Below are positions 9,114-18,585 of a DNA stretch of 64,000 nt, one piece after another. The notes beneath the pieces are model-generated. The model was not told where the DNA came from. It worked only from the letters and a program-made list of their open reading frames with translations, and ran no database searches. A program made the translations under genes and the position numbers. The number at the start of each line of letters is the position of its first letter. The first letter of the stretch is position 1. Source of the stretch: Meyerozyma guilliermondii (lineage: Eukaryota); NCBI GenBank assembly GCA_051546255.1, contig CP128816.1, forward strand, positions 124,001-188,000, written 5' to 3'.

Positions 9114-10727
9114 TTAAGCAATATGCAACTCCGCAGGAATTGCTCCCCGGTAATTGCTATAAGTGCCCTTCCATGTATCTATCAATTCAACACTGACAGC
9201 AACAGGATCAAAAACCTCGGAATACTTGGTGTTGCATTCCACTATTGTATCACCTTGAACCTTATACGAAGGAAGAGTGAATTTCGGATCAATGATCCAT
9301 TCTTTCTCATGATGTCCTTGGTACTCCAGGTAAATTTGCTGAGCCAATTCCCATCCATTGGTATAAAGACTTAATCTCTCGTACTGCTTTTGACATTTGT
9401 TCACCCGTTTGGATGCTTCGATGCTTCTCACCACATAGAAAAACCAAAAAACTCGCATATGAAATTCACCATGAATAAGAATACCCCAAAGTATCCACTC
9501 ATAAATCTCCAACGGAGCCGACGTACTTGTGGTCACAGCGAGAACTAGCTTTCGGATCATGTCCAACACCAGTCTTCGACGGTTTTCAACAGGTAAATCT
9601 TGCTCGTTTCCCAATTGTTCATACAATAGAGCACACCCTAAACAGTACTCCGAAAGTCTTCCATGAACAAATTCTGTCAACGGATTGATGTTGCGTTCGG
9701 CGAAATCAAAAAGAAGTTCGAGTGCATCTTCACTGCTGAGAGGAACTTTTCCAATTGTATGGCAATGGATAATGAGTAACAAGGCAGTATTTCTGCTAGC
9801 AATATTGATGGTATCGTTTTCCAAGTGAAATGCTTTGAGCCGGTCCAAGACGCCAATAGCCTTTCTCAGAATTGCAATAGACTCCTCGAACCTTTGATCC
9901 AATCTATGGAAAAATGACATTGTTAGACAGCTCTTGACAATGATAGATGCTTGGTCAAACCGAGTATGATCATCCATGTCACACTCGCTCCATTCCTGGA
10001 CTTTAAAAGAGTCAACGTCCTGATGAAAAGCGGCTCGAAACTCTCGATTAATAGCCTGGACAATCGAATCCACCTGCTTAAGTATCGAGTCAAAAGTTTC
10101 ACTCAGTTCCAACGAAGTCACCGCTGAAAAAATGACATTGAGCGAGTGCTCTACCTCTAAACGCTTTGCTTTGTGAATCCCACGGCGTAGGAAAACACTG
10201 CAAGCATCCAACACAGACTTTTGTTTGACAGAAAGTCGGCACTTATATGGTGGACTGTCGATAATCACCAGTTTGGTCGCCTTTAAATCTATGCCATCGC
10301 AAATTTCTCGTAGAGATTTAAGCTTGACACAGTGAGGATCGCTGCCCTCTCTCACTTGGAGCTCAGCATCAATATCGAAAGTTATATCCTTTAGGCAAAT
10401 TGCAGCGTAATCTTTGTTTCCCAACCGTGCAAGAATAGCTACCAAAAGTAGACTCAAATGGTACCTCAAGTAAGAGTTGTATTCGGCCACAATTAAAACA
10501 GCCAATTCACGCATACAATCATCGTACATCTGACTATGCATAAGAGACTGTAAATGGATCACACGCATCAAACTGGTCCATTCCAAGGTGGATTGTGAAC
10601 AAAATTCTATGACTTCAGAATACCGTTTTTGGACAAAAAAACCAAGAAGCAACTCCGAGTCTTCGCTATTGGAATCAAACTCGTGGTATGCGCCAATCAC
10701 ACTGGTTTCAATTTCATCAAGTTGCAT
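9114..10727 (-). CDS. Hypothetical alpha-helical (TPR-like) protein
   Basis: 537-aa ORF with amphipathic helical repeats; family not recognised. Confidence 0.75.
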   Translation of the reverse strand: MQLDEIETSVIGAYHEFDSNSEDSELLLGFFVQKRYSEVIEFCSQSTLEWTSLMRVIHLQSLMHSQMYDDCMRELAVLIVAEYNSYLRYHLSLLLVAILARLGNKDYAAICLKDITFDIDAELQVREGSDPHCVKLKSLREICDGIDLKATKLVIIDSPPYKCRLSVKQKSVLDACSVFLRRGIHKAKRLEVEHSLNVIFSAVTSLELSETFDSILKQVDSIVQAINREFRAAFHQDVDSFKVQEWSECDMDDHTRFDQASIIVKSCLTMSFFHRLDQRFEESIAILRKAIGVLDRLKAFHLENDTINIASRNTALLLIIHCHTIGKVPLSSEDALELLFDFAERNINPLTEFVHGRLSEYCLGCALLYEQLGNEQDLPVENRRRLVLDMIRKLVLAVTTSTSAPLEIYEWILWGILIHGEFHMRVFWFFYVVRSIEASKRVNKCQKQYERLSLYTNGWELAQQIYLEYQGHHEKEWIIDPKFTLPSYKVQGDTIVECNTKYSEVFDPVAVSVELIDTWKGTYSNYRGAIPAELHIA

Positions 10728-10779
10728 GGTTGAACTTTTGTATCGCTCGGAGCGCTCGTTTTTGGCACAAACACAAACG

Positions 10780-11658
10780 CTATTTGTACTTGTAAAACTG
10801 CTCTTTTGAAAGTCTTTTGACCTTTTTATCCGCGTTTCGATTGCTTGCTAGTTTGGGGTCGCTACTCTTGCCGAGGTCAAGAAGCTTTAGTATGTACAAG
10901 TAGCAATTGTAGCACCAGTCTAAATCAATCTGGAGACATTTCTGAAGGTATCCCAGCGGATATGATAGGTCTGGAAACCTCGCTTCTGCATCGCAAATGG
11001 TTAAAACGAGGGCGGCAGCTAGTATCGTGGGCATATCGTAGGCCACGGTGATGGGAAGTGATGAGAGGATTTCGACCGAAGAAATGGCATTTCTGATAAT
11101 TTCAGGAAGCTTTTCGAAAAACACTTCATGTCCATCTTCAGAATGGTCGTACTCTTCCAACGGTCGCCGCAAGTCGTACGGGAGGTCCAAGTTGAGCTCA
11201 AAATTGAGATTTTTTAGGATCAATTCTTCACGAAAAAGTAATTGGTCCCTCCAGTGCCAGAAAACCGTGCTTTGTTCATCGATGACTTTGTGCGGGTTCT
11301 TTATAGTACATCCTGCCATGGCTATCTTATCAGGGGCACGATAGTTGTCATTGAGTTTGCATGATATGGACATGGCAGCGCATGCAACAAAATATTTTGA
11401 TGTTGTGATAGGCATACGGACATAAAAACGGTTTATGTATATGGTGGCGGCCAATATAGTTGGACCATCAACTCTGAGGGCGGTTCCAAGACGAATAACA
11501 AAATCATGAATGGATTCTCGAGTTTTCAAGTCTTGTGCGATGGTCAATTGTTTTCTGCTTGGAGAAGACTTGAGAAACTCACGTTCGGGAAATAGCCACG
11601 TGTTGCCAACAGGAAGCTTGGTACCGGTTTCCAGAGCCTCAACGGGCGCAGGAGGCAT
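10780..11658 (-). CDS. BUR2: Cyclin T/K-type transcriptional cyclin (Bur2/Pch1-like)
   Basis: Cyclin box TILAATIYINRFY...ISCKLND; IDEQSTVFWHWRDQLLFREELIL resembles Pch1/Bur2; ATG at 11658. Confidence 0.75.
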   Translation of the reverse strand: MPPAPVEALETGTKLPVGNTWLFPEREFLKSSPSRKQLTIAQDLKTRESIHDFVIRLGTALRVDGPTILAATIYINRFYVRMPITTSKYFVACAAMSISCKLNDNYRAPDKIAMAGCTIKNPHKVIDEQSTVFWHWRDQLLFREELILKNLNFELNLDLPYDLRRPLEEYDHSEDGHEVFFEKLPEIIRNAISSVEILSSLPITVAYDMPTILAAALVLTICDAEARFPDLSYPLGYLQKCLQIDLDWCYNCYLYILKLLDLGKSSDPKLASNRNADKKVKRLSKEQFYKYK

Positions 11659-12478
11659 TTTATGGATGGGAGTTTGGTGGAGAGAAGAAATGAGAAAGAT
11701 AAAAAGTTCGCGCGAAAAAGGTTGCAAATTGAAACGATTGAAAATTGCTGGATATACGAATGGTGGGAAAGAGGGATAGAATGAATACAGAACTTCGTTC
11801 GCGGAGATACGAAAGAAAAGTCAATTAACGCAGATATGAATATGACTAATGTATATGGTAGTCAATTGTCTGAGATAACCATGTAGCTTTCGTATAGAGT
11901 AGTAGGATGTTCTTAGTCAGTACACCAGTACAACTAACTGAATCCAAACTGTACAAAGAATAAGCTCTATAATAAAAAACTGGTTTAGTCTCACACCCGG
12001 AAACGTCGAGGTATACCAAGAATTTTTCAGTTTGTATCGTACCAAAGTGGAAGTAGTCTTAGTAATACAAAGTCTTGCATAGACGAAAAGGACGAAAAAG
12101 GAAACGGAGCATTGAGAAGTAGACAACTTTAGGTTTCAGAATTAAGCCAAATACAATCTTTGGGGACCAATTGAACCAACTGGTACCAACTGATACCAAT
12201 GGGGCACATCCAGATCAAATCTTATACTTTGTTCGTTGTCGAAAGATGTCGCTGTGGAACCTTCTGCACGTCAAACTATTTTGCGGTACAGCCGCGCGCT
12301 CGGCCGAAATTACGTGAGCTAAACCGCGATCTCAAAGTTCAAGTTTGAAGCTTTTGAAGGTGGTGCTTAGTTCTGTTGAGGATGTAAGCCTTCTAGGCAC
12401 TGGTATGCAACATTTTCCGTTTTTCTGAAGAGTTGTGTGCTTTTTCGTGACAAAAAAGTGCCCACAGCTGTTCAGCCA

Positions 12479-12516
12479 CCTCGGCGATTTCGGGCGCATC
12501 TCGGCGATCTTTCGGT
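12479..12516 (+). promoter_or_regulatory. Four direct TCGG triplets (Zn2Cys6 factor sites) upstream of the MFS drug transporter
   Basis: CGG at 12482, 12491, 12502 and 12513, with CTCGGCGAT duplicated. Confidence 0.45.
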
Positions 12517-12587
12517 GGAGAGACGATATTTAATGGTTGCAAATTCGATTATTTATCACAACTAATTCCAATTCTCCGTCCAGAAAC

Positions 12588-14309
12588 ATGTCCTCCGAAG
12601 ACTCAGAAAAAAAAGTTTTTGTCGAAGCAGATGCCGGAGATGGAACAAACAGAGAAGAACATCATCTTCATGGTACCCAGCTTATGATGTGTATTCTTTC
12701 TGTTTTCTTGTGCTTGTTTTTGTTTGCATTGGACCAGACCATTGTTGCCACGATTTTAACTACGGTAGGTAACAAATTCGACGGTTTTGATCGAATTGGA
12801 TGGTTGTCGTCTGGGTTCTTGTTGTCTACCGCCGTCCTAGTTCCTTCCTGGGGAAAAGTAGCCATGGTTTTCGGACGTAAGATAACCATGTATGCTGCGA
12901 TTTTGATCTTTGAGGCTGGTTCGTTGATGTGCGCTCTTTCCAACAATATGAATACCTTGATTGGAGGTAGAGTATTGGCTGGTGTAGGAGGAGGAGGTGT
13001 CCAATCTCTATCTTTTGTGATTACTTCTGAGGTTGTTCCTATAGAGAGAAGACCTTTTGCTATGGCGGCCATGGGGTGCACTTTTGCTGTGGCTAGTGTA
13101 TTGGGTCCACTTGTGGGTGGTGCTTTCACAGACAATGTTTCATGGAGATGGTGTTTCTACATCAATTTGCCGATAGGTGCTGTTGCTGCAATTGCACTAT
13201 TTTTTTCGTTTAAACCACCAAAAACCAAAGGAAGCATAAGGGAAAAACTCAAGTTGATCGACTACTGGGGTACATTTCTTTTCACCTCCGGCTTGGTGGT
13301 TCTTCTTCTAGCCATCACTTTTGGTTCTGGTAATGAATACGCTTGGAACTCAGCAGCAATCATCGTTTGCTTCATTTTGGGTACTCTAGCTCTTATCGTG
13401 TGGTGTATCTACAATTTCAGATTCTCCAAGAACCCACTTCTTCCATGGGAAGCAGTGAGAATTATCCAGGTTAGTGCTCCAGCACTCACACTTTTTTGCA
13501 CATATGGTTCATTTATGAGTGGAATCTTGTACATTTCCATATACTTCCAGGTGATCCATGGAGCCAATGCTTGGAGATCAGGTGTGGATTTGTTACCGTT
13601 TATCATTGCCCTGGTTGTCAGTTCTGTCTCACTGGGAATTGTTATTGCCAAATCGAGGTTCGTCAAGCCATTTGTGGTGGTTGCTGGCTCTTTTGGTCCT
13701 TTGGGCTACGGATTGCTTACCCTTTTGAAAGTTGATTCCAGCACCTCGAGTAAAATTGGACTTTTGATTTTGCCTGGTGTTTGCACTGGTATTCAAACCC
13801 AAGCTTCAATTATTGCCCTGCAAGTGTCGGCTCCAAAGTCTCCAGGAGGAATGATTTACGCTACAACTTATATCAACTTTGCTCGTGCTACTGGAGGAGC
13901 ACTTGCGTCTGCTTTGTCCACTACCGTCTACTCGTCGGCACTCAAAAATGCTCTTCTGAGTCACTTGAAAAATGCTCTGAATGACATCCAACAACAGTTG
14001 TCCCTGGTACCAACCGACACTCTTGTCAACTCCACAGAACTCATCAAGACCCTTTCGCCTGAAGCTCGAGCCTTTGTAAAGGATCAAGTTATGTGGGCCA
14101 TTGAAAGAGTATTCTACATGACTGTTGGATTTGCATCGTTGGGGTTCATTGCATGTTTGTTTGCGACCAACCATAGACTACCAAAAAAGAGTATGGGAGC
14201 TTCTGCTGCTGAGACGAAGGAAGAAGAGCAGGAAGGTTTGACCAATTGCGATTCACAACCAACTCCAGTGGATAGGGAAAATGTCAAAAATGTCGAGTCC
14301 AGTGGATAA
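12588..14309 (+). CDS. MFS drug:H+ antiporter, DHA2 (14-TMS) family, SGE1/AZR1/VBA-like
   Basis: ALDQTIVAT, FGRK motif A, GRVLAGVGGGG, GPLVGG, SWRWCFYINLPIG; about 14 hydrophobic segments; ATG at 12588. Confidence 0.92.
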   Translation: MSSEDSEKKVFVEADAGDGTNREEHHLHGTQLMMCILSVFLCLFLFALDQTIVATILTTVGNKFDGFDRIGWLSSGFLLSTAVLVPSWGKVAMVFGRKITMYAAILIFEAGSLMCALSNNMNTLIGGRVLAGVGGGGVQSLSFVITSEVVPIERRPFAMAAMGCTFAVASVLGPLVGGAFTDNVSWRWCFYINLPIGAVAAIALFFSFKPPKTKGSIREKLKLIDYWGTFLFTSGLVVLLLAITFGSGNEYAWNSAAIIVCFILGTLALIVWCIYNFRFSKNPLLPWEAVRIIQVSAPALTLFCTYGSFMSGILYISIYFQVIHGANAWRSGVDLLPFIIALVVSSVSLGIVIAKSRFVKPFVVVAGSFGPLGYGLLTLLKVDSSTSSKIGLLILPGVCTGIQTQASIIALQVSAPKSPGGMIYATTYINFARATGGALASALSTTVYSSALKNALLSHLKNALNDIQQQLSLVPTDTLVNSTELIKTLSPEARAFVKDQVMWAIERVFYMTVGFASLGFIACLFATNHRLPKKSMGASAAETKEEEQEGLTNCDSQPTPVDRENVKNVESSG

Positions 14310-14796
14310 CAGCACGGAAAGGTTAGCAATGACACATAAGTTGAGCTGTGAGAAAAGCTCCATTGCTTGGCTATACTATAATATTTGCATATGAGTACTA
14401 GATTAATAGATGAAGAATAATGAAAGTGAAGGTAGGAAGATTTGTTTGCCCAAAGTCATTGAGAAGAGTTGGTACTTATACTTTGAAAATAGCTAAGTAA
14501 AGAGCTAAAATGAAAAAGAAGACTAAGTAAAGAGTTATAATGAATAGATTATAGTGAAGTTATGAAGGTGAGAAAATTGCATGAAAAGTTACAGAACTTG
14601 CATGAAAGAAAGACTCCACGGTAGAAAGAGATTATGGTAGAAAGGCTTTAAGTAATATCACGATACAATGTTACAAAGTCATCGTGGTACGTTGCTGTAT
14701 CAGCCCTTGTTCCATAATTTGCACCCAGTTTTCGATGACATAAGCCGCGGTGTAGGCTGCGATTCTCAACGCAAAAAATTCTCATATTTCTTCATC

Positions 14797-15783
14797 ATGG
14801 CCGACACTCCCTCCATGCATTTGGTGCGTCCCACCGTGGCTGCCCTCGCGGCGCTGCTGGCTTCTGGCCCATGCAAGATCAAAGTGCACAATGTAGCGCT
14901 CTTCAAAATTTTGGAAATCGTTGCCAAACAAGTTCATCCTGACCATAAAAGAGTGATTGGAACAATGTTAGGATACCGATCCGAAGACGGAACCGAGTTT
15001 GAAATTCGCGATGCTTTCATGGTTCCATGTACCGAGACCGGAGAGTCGCTTGCTATTGACGACCAAGCACACAAGACGTTTTACAAGTTGTATAAAAAGG
15101 CTCATCCTAAGGAATACGTGTTGGGATGGTTTGGAAGTGGAAAACAAATCGATACCACCACAGGTTTGATCCACGATTTCTACAGCAAGGGTGCCGACAG
15201 CGCAGCTCCATATCCTGCTATTCACTTGAATGTGGATTTTGTAGACGATGACCAGAATGTCACCGCCCCAAGTATCTCGACATATATTGGAGCCGCCATT
15301 GGCAGACCTGCGTCCGGCAAAATTGGCTGGAAAACTTCATCGTCGCTGAACAACTCGTACATATTCACGCCAATTCCTCACGAAATAATAACTGGCAGTG
15401 TCACCGAAAAATTGGCCCTCAATGGGTTGTGCGAAGCGGTTCAAATTGGCACCGAGTCCGGTGCCTCGTCCGTGTCTGGTGCTGCCGCCAGCGACTTGTC
15501 GTACTTGTCGTCGCAACTCAACGCCGTAAGTGCCACCATTACCAAACTTCTCCACCACATTGAGTCCCCCTCCACCTCCGATGCCGACGTCGATTTGTTG
15601 CGTCTTTTGAGCAACAATCTCTTGACCAAACCCCATTTTCTCACCGATGTTTCCGAGTTGAAACTGCACTTCATGGCCCACAACCAGGACGTAATCATGA
15701 TCGAATACTTGACCAAGGTGGTAAAGGAGCAAATAGAATTGAGTGCTCGGTTGACAGCCGGTGCTGAATCGAAGTACGCATAG
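14797..15783 (+). CDS. Translation initiation factor eIF3 subunit F (MPN- domain)
   Basis: RVIGTMLGYRSEDGTEFEIRDAFMVP...YKKAHPKEYVLGWF; C-terminal HNQDVIMIEYLTKVVKEQIELSARL; probable ATG at 14797. Confidence 0.85.
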   Translation: MADTPSMHLVRPTVAALAALLASGPCKIKVHNVALFKILEIVAKQVHPDHKRVIGTMLGYRSEDGTEFEIRDAFMVPCTETGESLAIDDQAHKTFYKLYKKAHPKEYVLGWFGSGKQIDTTTGLIHDFYSKGADSAAPYPAIHLNVDFVDDDQNVTAPSISTYIGAAIGRPASGKIGWKTSSSLNNSYIFTPIPHEIITGSVTEKLALNGLCEAVQIGTESGASSVSGAAASDLSYLSSQLNAVSATITKLLHHIESPSTSDADVDLLRLLSNNLLTKPHFLTDVSELKLHFMAHNQDVIMIEYLTKVVKEQIELSARLTAGAESKYA

Positions 15784-15924
15784 AGTCTAAGTCATGCGAG
15801 TCTAACATGGTACGAGGCCAAAGTCATGTACGAGTCTGATACAGTCAACATGTATAATACAATACGTTTATATTTTCCCCTACAGTATTCTTCAGTATTT
15901 TTCAGTTCCCCACATCCACACAGT

Positions 15925-15973
15925 CTCATCGCTATCGCTGTGGCTGGAGCCGCACCGAAAAAAAACTCATCTC
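15925..15973. promoter_or_regulatory. PAC and RRPE-like elements upstream of IFH1
   Basis: CTCATCGC at 15925-15932; A-run followed by CTCATCTC at about 15957-15973. Confidence 0.45.
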
Positions 15974-16238
15974 AAATTTTACGGAGTAGTTATCAACCAC
16001 TGATTAGCACCCACACACAAATAGGGCACTTTCGCAGCGATCCTATAACACTCTATTACCCGCTAGCCCCCCAAATCCACTGAAATAACAACCTTAAGGT
16101 GCGAAATCATTTACCGCCCGTTTAATGACAATAATGGACATTTGCACCAAGACAGAAATACACAATACTTTTAGGCTATCTTGGTAAACAACTAGAAAGA
16201 AACTATAAAACAACCACAAAACAACCACAAAAAACTTC

Positions 16239-18431
16239 ATGGCAAAACGTCCCAGAAAAGGCGCAAAAGCTGCCAAAGGGTCCCAGAACACTACTGGGGG
16301 AAAGAGCTTCAAAGCCCTCAAAAACCTTCGTGCAAGGCGATTTAGTATCAACGACTCCAGCTCGCTGTCCGAGGATGAGGAGGAGAGCCTGGTTGGTGAT
16401 TTTGGTCAAAAATTACCGGGGAAGACTTACAAACGAGGATCGGGGTCTGAATCCGAGTCGTCACTAACGGCATTGTCAGATGACGATTCGGTGTCCAAAA
16501 CAGGCTCTGTTTTCTTTGAGAGCGACGATGAGGTGCTCGTTCCTCGTGGCAAGGGCAAGACGATGCCCAGCAAGTTTTCGAGCAAGAAAAAGTACCCTAT
16601 GAGTACTTCTGGCAAGAAATCTATACCCTCGGTAAGTGTCGATGAAAGTGACGACGATTCAGATTCCGACTCCTCTGACGATTCCAATTCGGATTCTGAA
16701 GTGGATTTTGTCCAGCTCCAGGCGCAACGAAAAGCAATGAAGTCAAGACCCAAGGGAAAGACCCTCAAATCACTCCCGCAACCATCCCGGCGCAGAAGCT
16801 CCGCTACCCCTAAATACGGTCGTCGCAAGTCCAATGCTGCGCTTCCCGACGACATAGAGTTTGCTCTTGAGTTTGACGACGACGAGGAAGACGAAAATGC
16901 GGTGAAAGCTTTAGTTGGTGCACCAGGCGAGGAAGACCTCGGAGAGGAAATCAACGACACCAAGGTGAACTACACACTCAACTCTGATGATGACTACGAA
17001 ATCGACGACAACGAATTGCTTGCAACGTTGCAGGCGGATAATGACATGGAAGAATTTAATGACGGAGGAGGACTTGCTGCCCGAAATGACTCGGTGGTGC
17101 TGTGGGGAGACGACGAGGACAAATTTTTGCGAGAGGAAGAAAGGTTTTTGGTAAATGAGTTTGAGAACAACGGCTTTGACGACGAGCAGCCGCTGGTTCT
17201 CCAGAACTACGAGTCGTATGATGCCGACTCGAACCAGACTCACTTGAATGATAGTCTCGAATTCATGAACAAGAACAAGGTGGAACACCACGGAAGCGAT
17301 TCTTATGAAGAAGAAGATGACGAAGATGACGAAGATGACGAAGACGACGACGATGATGATTTTATTGTGTTTGACCTGTTGTTTGAGAACGGCATCACCA
17401 CCAACGACAAGCACAAGATTCGAGACAATTCAGCAAAGAGCAGTCCGCGCAAGAGAAAGCACCACAAGGTGGGATTGTCGGCACGGTCCAGCGACGACGA
17501 AGACGATTCGTATCTCTGGAACTACTTTTTCAGTCTGGACGAGTCCAGTGGTGAGGAAAAGAAAGCCAAGTCCAACGACGGCGACGAGCAAGAGAGCGAG
17601 AGTGGAGAGCTCATAGTTGACGATTTTTTTGAACAGAGTAGAAAAAGACCAGTGGAAGCCGCAGTTAGTGACCACGAGTACGACAGCGGAGAGTCGACCG
17701 ACGAGGACGTGCTGCTCGCTACAAAACCCCACCGCAAGCACGCAGGGTCGAAGCTGGCGAAGGAAGTGTTGTCGTCGAAAACCGCCGATTACCGGCCTCC
17801 TATACTTGGAACCTGGGTAGCAATTGACAGCAAACCGTTTGGGATTATTGATGGATTATCCACGAGAAACTTGGTCCAGCCGTCACGGCAAGCACAGCCT
17901 CGCAAGCCAAGAATCGACACCTCAGGTAGCAGCGACGACCTGGCACTCGAGTTGGACGAACTTTTGAATATCAGTGAACTTGACGATGTGGATGAAACCG
18001 ATATACAGATCTGGCGGGACTTCAACAACGAGAAGCGAGCGGTGCCACTAGGAGCGTTCCGTAACAAGTCGCTAGTCTACACAAACCTAGCAGCAGTCAC
18101 GGCTGGACACAGCGACGGTGGATTGAATCACACCAGCCGTAGTAACAATGACTACAACAAACGGCGGTACTCGTTGACGAACCACAGCCATGGTGACCGC
18201 AAGGCGGCCGCGGGAGCCAGCAAAAGAGCGAGAAGAAGGTCTTCTACGGGAAATAGGGCCGGGTTGAATATTCCATCGAGAGCGATGCGAAGACGGGCGT
18301 CGAATGCCCAAGCCGAGTCCGAAGGTCTTCGGCCCACGAAATCCGGACTATTCAGCGAGACGGCTCTCGCAAACGTGGAAGAACTTCTCGGCGACGATAC
18401 GGAAATATTGGCGTTGGTACATGGGTTGTAG
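16239..18431 (+). CDS. IFH1: Ribosomal-protein gene coactivator Ifh1/Crf1
   Basis: Acidic protein with DDEDDSYLWNYFFS, GESTDED and DYRPPILGTW...KPFGIIDGLSTR forkhead-binding (CRF1) domain. Confidence 0.9.
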   Translation: MAKRPRKGAKAAKGSQNTTGGKSFKALKNLRARRFSINDSSSLSEDEEESLVGDFGQKLPGKTYKRGSGSESESSLTALSDDDSVSKTGSVFFESDDEVLVPRGKGKTMPSKFSSKKKYPMSTSGKKSIPSVSVDESDDDSDSDSSDDSNSDSEVDFVQLQAQRKAMKSRPKGKTLKSLPQPSRRRSSATPKYGRRKSNAALPDDIEFALEFDDDEEDENAVKALVGAPGEEDLGEEINDTKVNYTLNSDDDYEIDDNELLATLQADNDMEEFNDGGGLAARNDSVVLWGDDEDKFLREEERFLVNEFENNGFDDEQPLVLQNYESYDADSNQTHLNDSLEFMNKNKVEHHGSDSYEEEDDEDDEDDEDDDDDDFIVFDLLFENGITTNDKHKIRDNSAKSSPRKRKHHKVGLSARSSDDEDDSYLWNYFFSLDESSGEEKKAKSNDGDEQESESGELIVDDFFEQSRKRPVEAAVSDHEYDSGESTDEDVLLATKPHRKHAGSKLAKEVLSSKTADYRPPILGTWVAIDSKPFGIIDGLSTRNLVQPSRQAQPRKPRIDTSGSSDDLALELDELLNISELDDVDETDIQIWRDFNNEKRAVPLGAFRNKSLVYTNLAAVTAGHSDGGLNHTSRSNNDYNKRRYSLTNHSHGDRKAAAGASKRARRRSSTGNRAGLNIPSRAMRRRASNAQAESEGLRPTKSGLFSETALANVEELLGDDTEILALVHGL

Positions 18432-18585
18432 TTATGGTAGAGTGTTGGTGAAGACGAATGTACTGCATACAGTTTTCGCACCCAATAAATCAATTTGACG
18501 AATTTTTATTCTCACGCTTTTTTTATCCCCAGCATCTAGTAGTTTTATAGTGCCCTAGGTTTTCTATAGTAGCCCGTTAGCCGTA

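Noticed and set aside
14490..14650. Short direct duplications (CTAAGTAAAGAG, TTGCATGAAA, GGTAGAAAG); similar ones at 12170, 15785, 40700, 41375, 46010 and 46092
   Set aside because: Local slippage repeats common throughout these intergenic regions; no spacers, TIRs or LTR ends, so not CRISPR or a transposon.
14668..14796. N-terminal extensions given by the ORF track (eIF3f here; also BUR2, the MFS gene, ATG32 and ADH2)
   Set aside because: They use non-ATG starts or run through promoter-like sequence; homology begins at the downstream ATG.
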